A DNA stretch of 64,000 nucleotides from contig OX597821.1 of assembly GCA_951406725.2 (NCBI GenBank), forward strand, positions 58,838,001 to 58,902,000. Reading direction: 5' to 3'. A model generated the notes under the pieces. That model made no database searches. It was not told the origin of the DNA and saw only the letters and a list, made by a program, of their open reading frames with translations. Positions within the stretch are counted from its first letter, which is position 1, and the number at the start of each line of letters is the position of its first letter. The DNA is from Octopus vulgaris. Lineage: Eukaryota. This document shows, in pieces, positions 62,243 through 64,000 of the stretch. The position numbers and the translations under genes are program-made.

Positions 62243-64000
62243 TATCTATATAAATAAAAGTGAAGTTGTGTGAGTGTCTGTCTCCTACGATTTAGATTCC
62301 TAACTACTCCCACATTTTGCGGTGCAGTTTAACCAAATTTAGGTATCTTGTAGTCGTGATTCATATCGAGCCCATCTGGGTATTAGCGCGCATCTACGAT
62401 GAGTCTACGATTTAAAAAATAATTTAACATCATTTTTTTCCATTTTAACACATATTTTTTAAATTGCTTCTCCCCTTTCTTCCCTCCCTCGTTAAGCTGT
62501 GGGGAAGGGAGTGTAAGGAAATCAACGTCGTAAAGCGTTGTCAAGGAGACCAGCGTTCTTTTAGAACAACAACTTCATGGCTTGAAGACACCAAAACAGA
62601 AATGGCTAAGAAAGCCCGAAAGCAAATTCTACAAAATCGGGAAACACGCCACACAGGGAAGGTTTCCCGTGCAAAGAATTTGCACAACTGAATGTTTTAG
62701 TTGTTGCACAACTTTTACTTAAAAAATATTATCCAAACACAAATTTTTGAAGGCAATATTGTATGGCGATGGTACTTGTGAAATATTGTAATGGATTTAG
62801 TAGCCAAAAGGAGAGAGCAGAGGCATATTATGGTGGTGGTGGAGGTGGTGGTAGTGGCAGCGGTGGTGGCGGCGGTGCTGGTAGTGGTGATGGTGGTCGT
62901 GGTGTTGGTGTTGTTGTTGTGGTGGTGGTGGTGGTTGGGTGGTGTTGGTGGTGGTGGGGGTGGTGATGATGGTGGTGGTGGTGGTGGTGGTGGTGGTGGT
63001 GGTGGTGGTGGTGGTGGTCGTCGTGGTGGTCTTCGTGATGGTGGTGGCGATGGTGGTCGTCGTGTTTGTGGTGGTGGTGGTTCGTCGTCTTTGTGGTGGT
63101 GGTGGTGGTGTTGTTGTTGGTGGTGGTGGTGGGGGTGGTGATGATGGTGATGATGGTGGTGGTGGTGGTGGTGGTGATGATGGTGGTGGTGGTGGTGATG
63201 ATGGTGGTGGTAGTTGTGGTCATGGTGGTCTTCGTGATGGTGGTGGTGGTCGTGGTCGTGGTGGTCGTCGTGATGGTGGTGGTGATGGTCATGGGCATAG
63301 TGGTGGTGGTGGTGGTGGCTGAAGCTATCGTCTGGGTTCTTCCAATTTTTTCGTGTGTCGGTGGCGGCGTTGGCGTTCATGCTCGCACCTGCACCTGTGT
63401 AGCTCCTCCCCTTCTTCCCTCCCTTGTGAAGCTGTGGAAAAGGCAGGGTAGGGAAATCAACGTCGTAAAGCGTTGTCAAGGAGACCAGCGTTCTTTTAGA
63501 ACAACGACTTCATGGCTTGAAGTCGCCAAAACAGAAATCGCTAAAAAAGCTGAAACAGATCCACAAAAACGACAAAAACCGCCACACAGGGCAGGTTTCC
63601 TGTGCAAACAATTTGCACAACCGAATGTTTAAGTTGTTGCACAAATCTTTATATATAAAAGTGAAGTTCTGTGTCTGTCTCCTACAATTTAGATTCCTAA
63701 CTACTCCCACATCTTGCAGTGCAGTTTAACTATCTTATAGTCGTGATTCATATCGAGCCCTTCTGGGTATTAGCATGCGTCTACGATGAGTCTACGATTT
63801 AAAAAAAAATTTACCATCATTTTTTCCATTTAATGCATTTTTTCGCTATTATATAAGGGAAGTAACTCTCTAAAAATGTCTACGATGAGTCAATGATTTT
63901 AAAAAAATTACCATCATTTTTTATTCCATTTTTAATGCATTTTTTTGCTATAACTCACTAAAAATGCTTATATAGTTATTTCCCTTACAAACCCAAGCAA
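62243..64000 (+). mobile_element. Composite or tandem non-autonomous Helitron with (GGT)n expansion, running off the window end
   Basis: Two TC heads (~62244, ~63647), duplicated block ~62468-62711 / ~63406-63642, 3' part matches the 15790-15823 Helitron end. Confidence 0.7.
62831..63318. repeat. Degenerate (GGT)n microsatellite
   Basis: Directly visible. Confidence 0.95.

Overview
Eukaryotic, AT-rich, repeat-saturated non-genic (intergenic or intronic) DNA. The SINE and LINE repertoire and microsatellite load look like an octopus/coleoid cephalopod genome; this is an inference from recognition, not a database check. No host protein-coding exon could be supported. Content: RTE/BovB-type LINE fragments, one 5'-truncated CR1-type LINE with an uninterrupted RT ORF, three tRNA-derived SINE families, mariner, maT, hAT, piggyBac-like, Tigger-like and Merlin-like DNA transposons/MITEs (often nested, several with readable TSDs), non-autonomous Helitrons/Helentron, and many (TA)n/(TATG)n/(ATT)n/(GGT)n microsatellites. 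The most notable hidden layer is about ten sequence-unrelated minimal hammerhead-ribozyme motifs (two with fully canonical cores), mostly in Penelope-like fold-back or pLTR modules next to (TA)n tracts. Several have a CCGANGA core variant or very long stem II insertions. There is also an apparently full-length ORF1-only (HAL1-like) retroposon nested in a Helitron, whose 3' tail is shared with one SINE subfamily. Coordinates were read by eye, so boundaries of degenerate elements are approximate.
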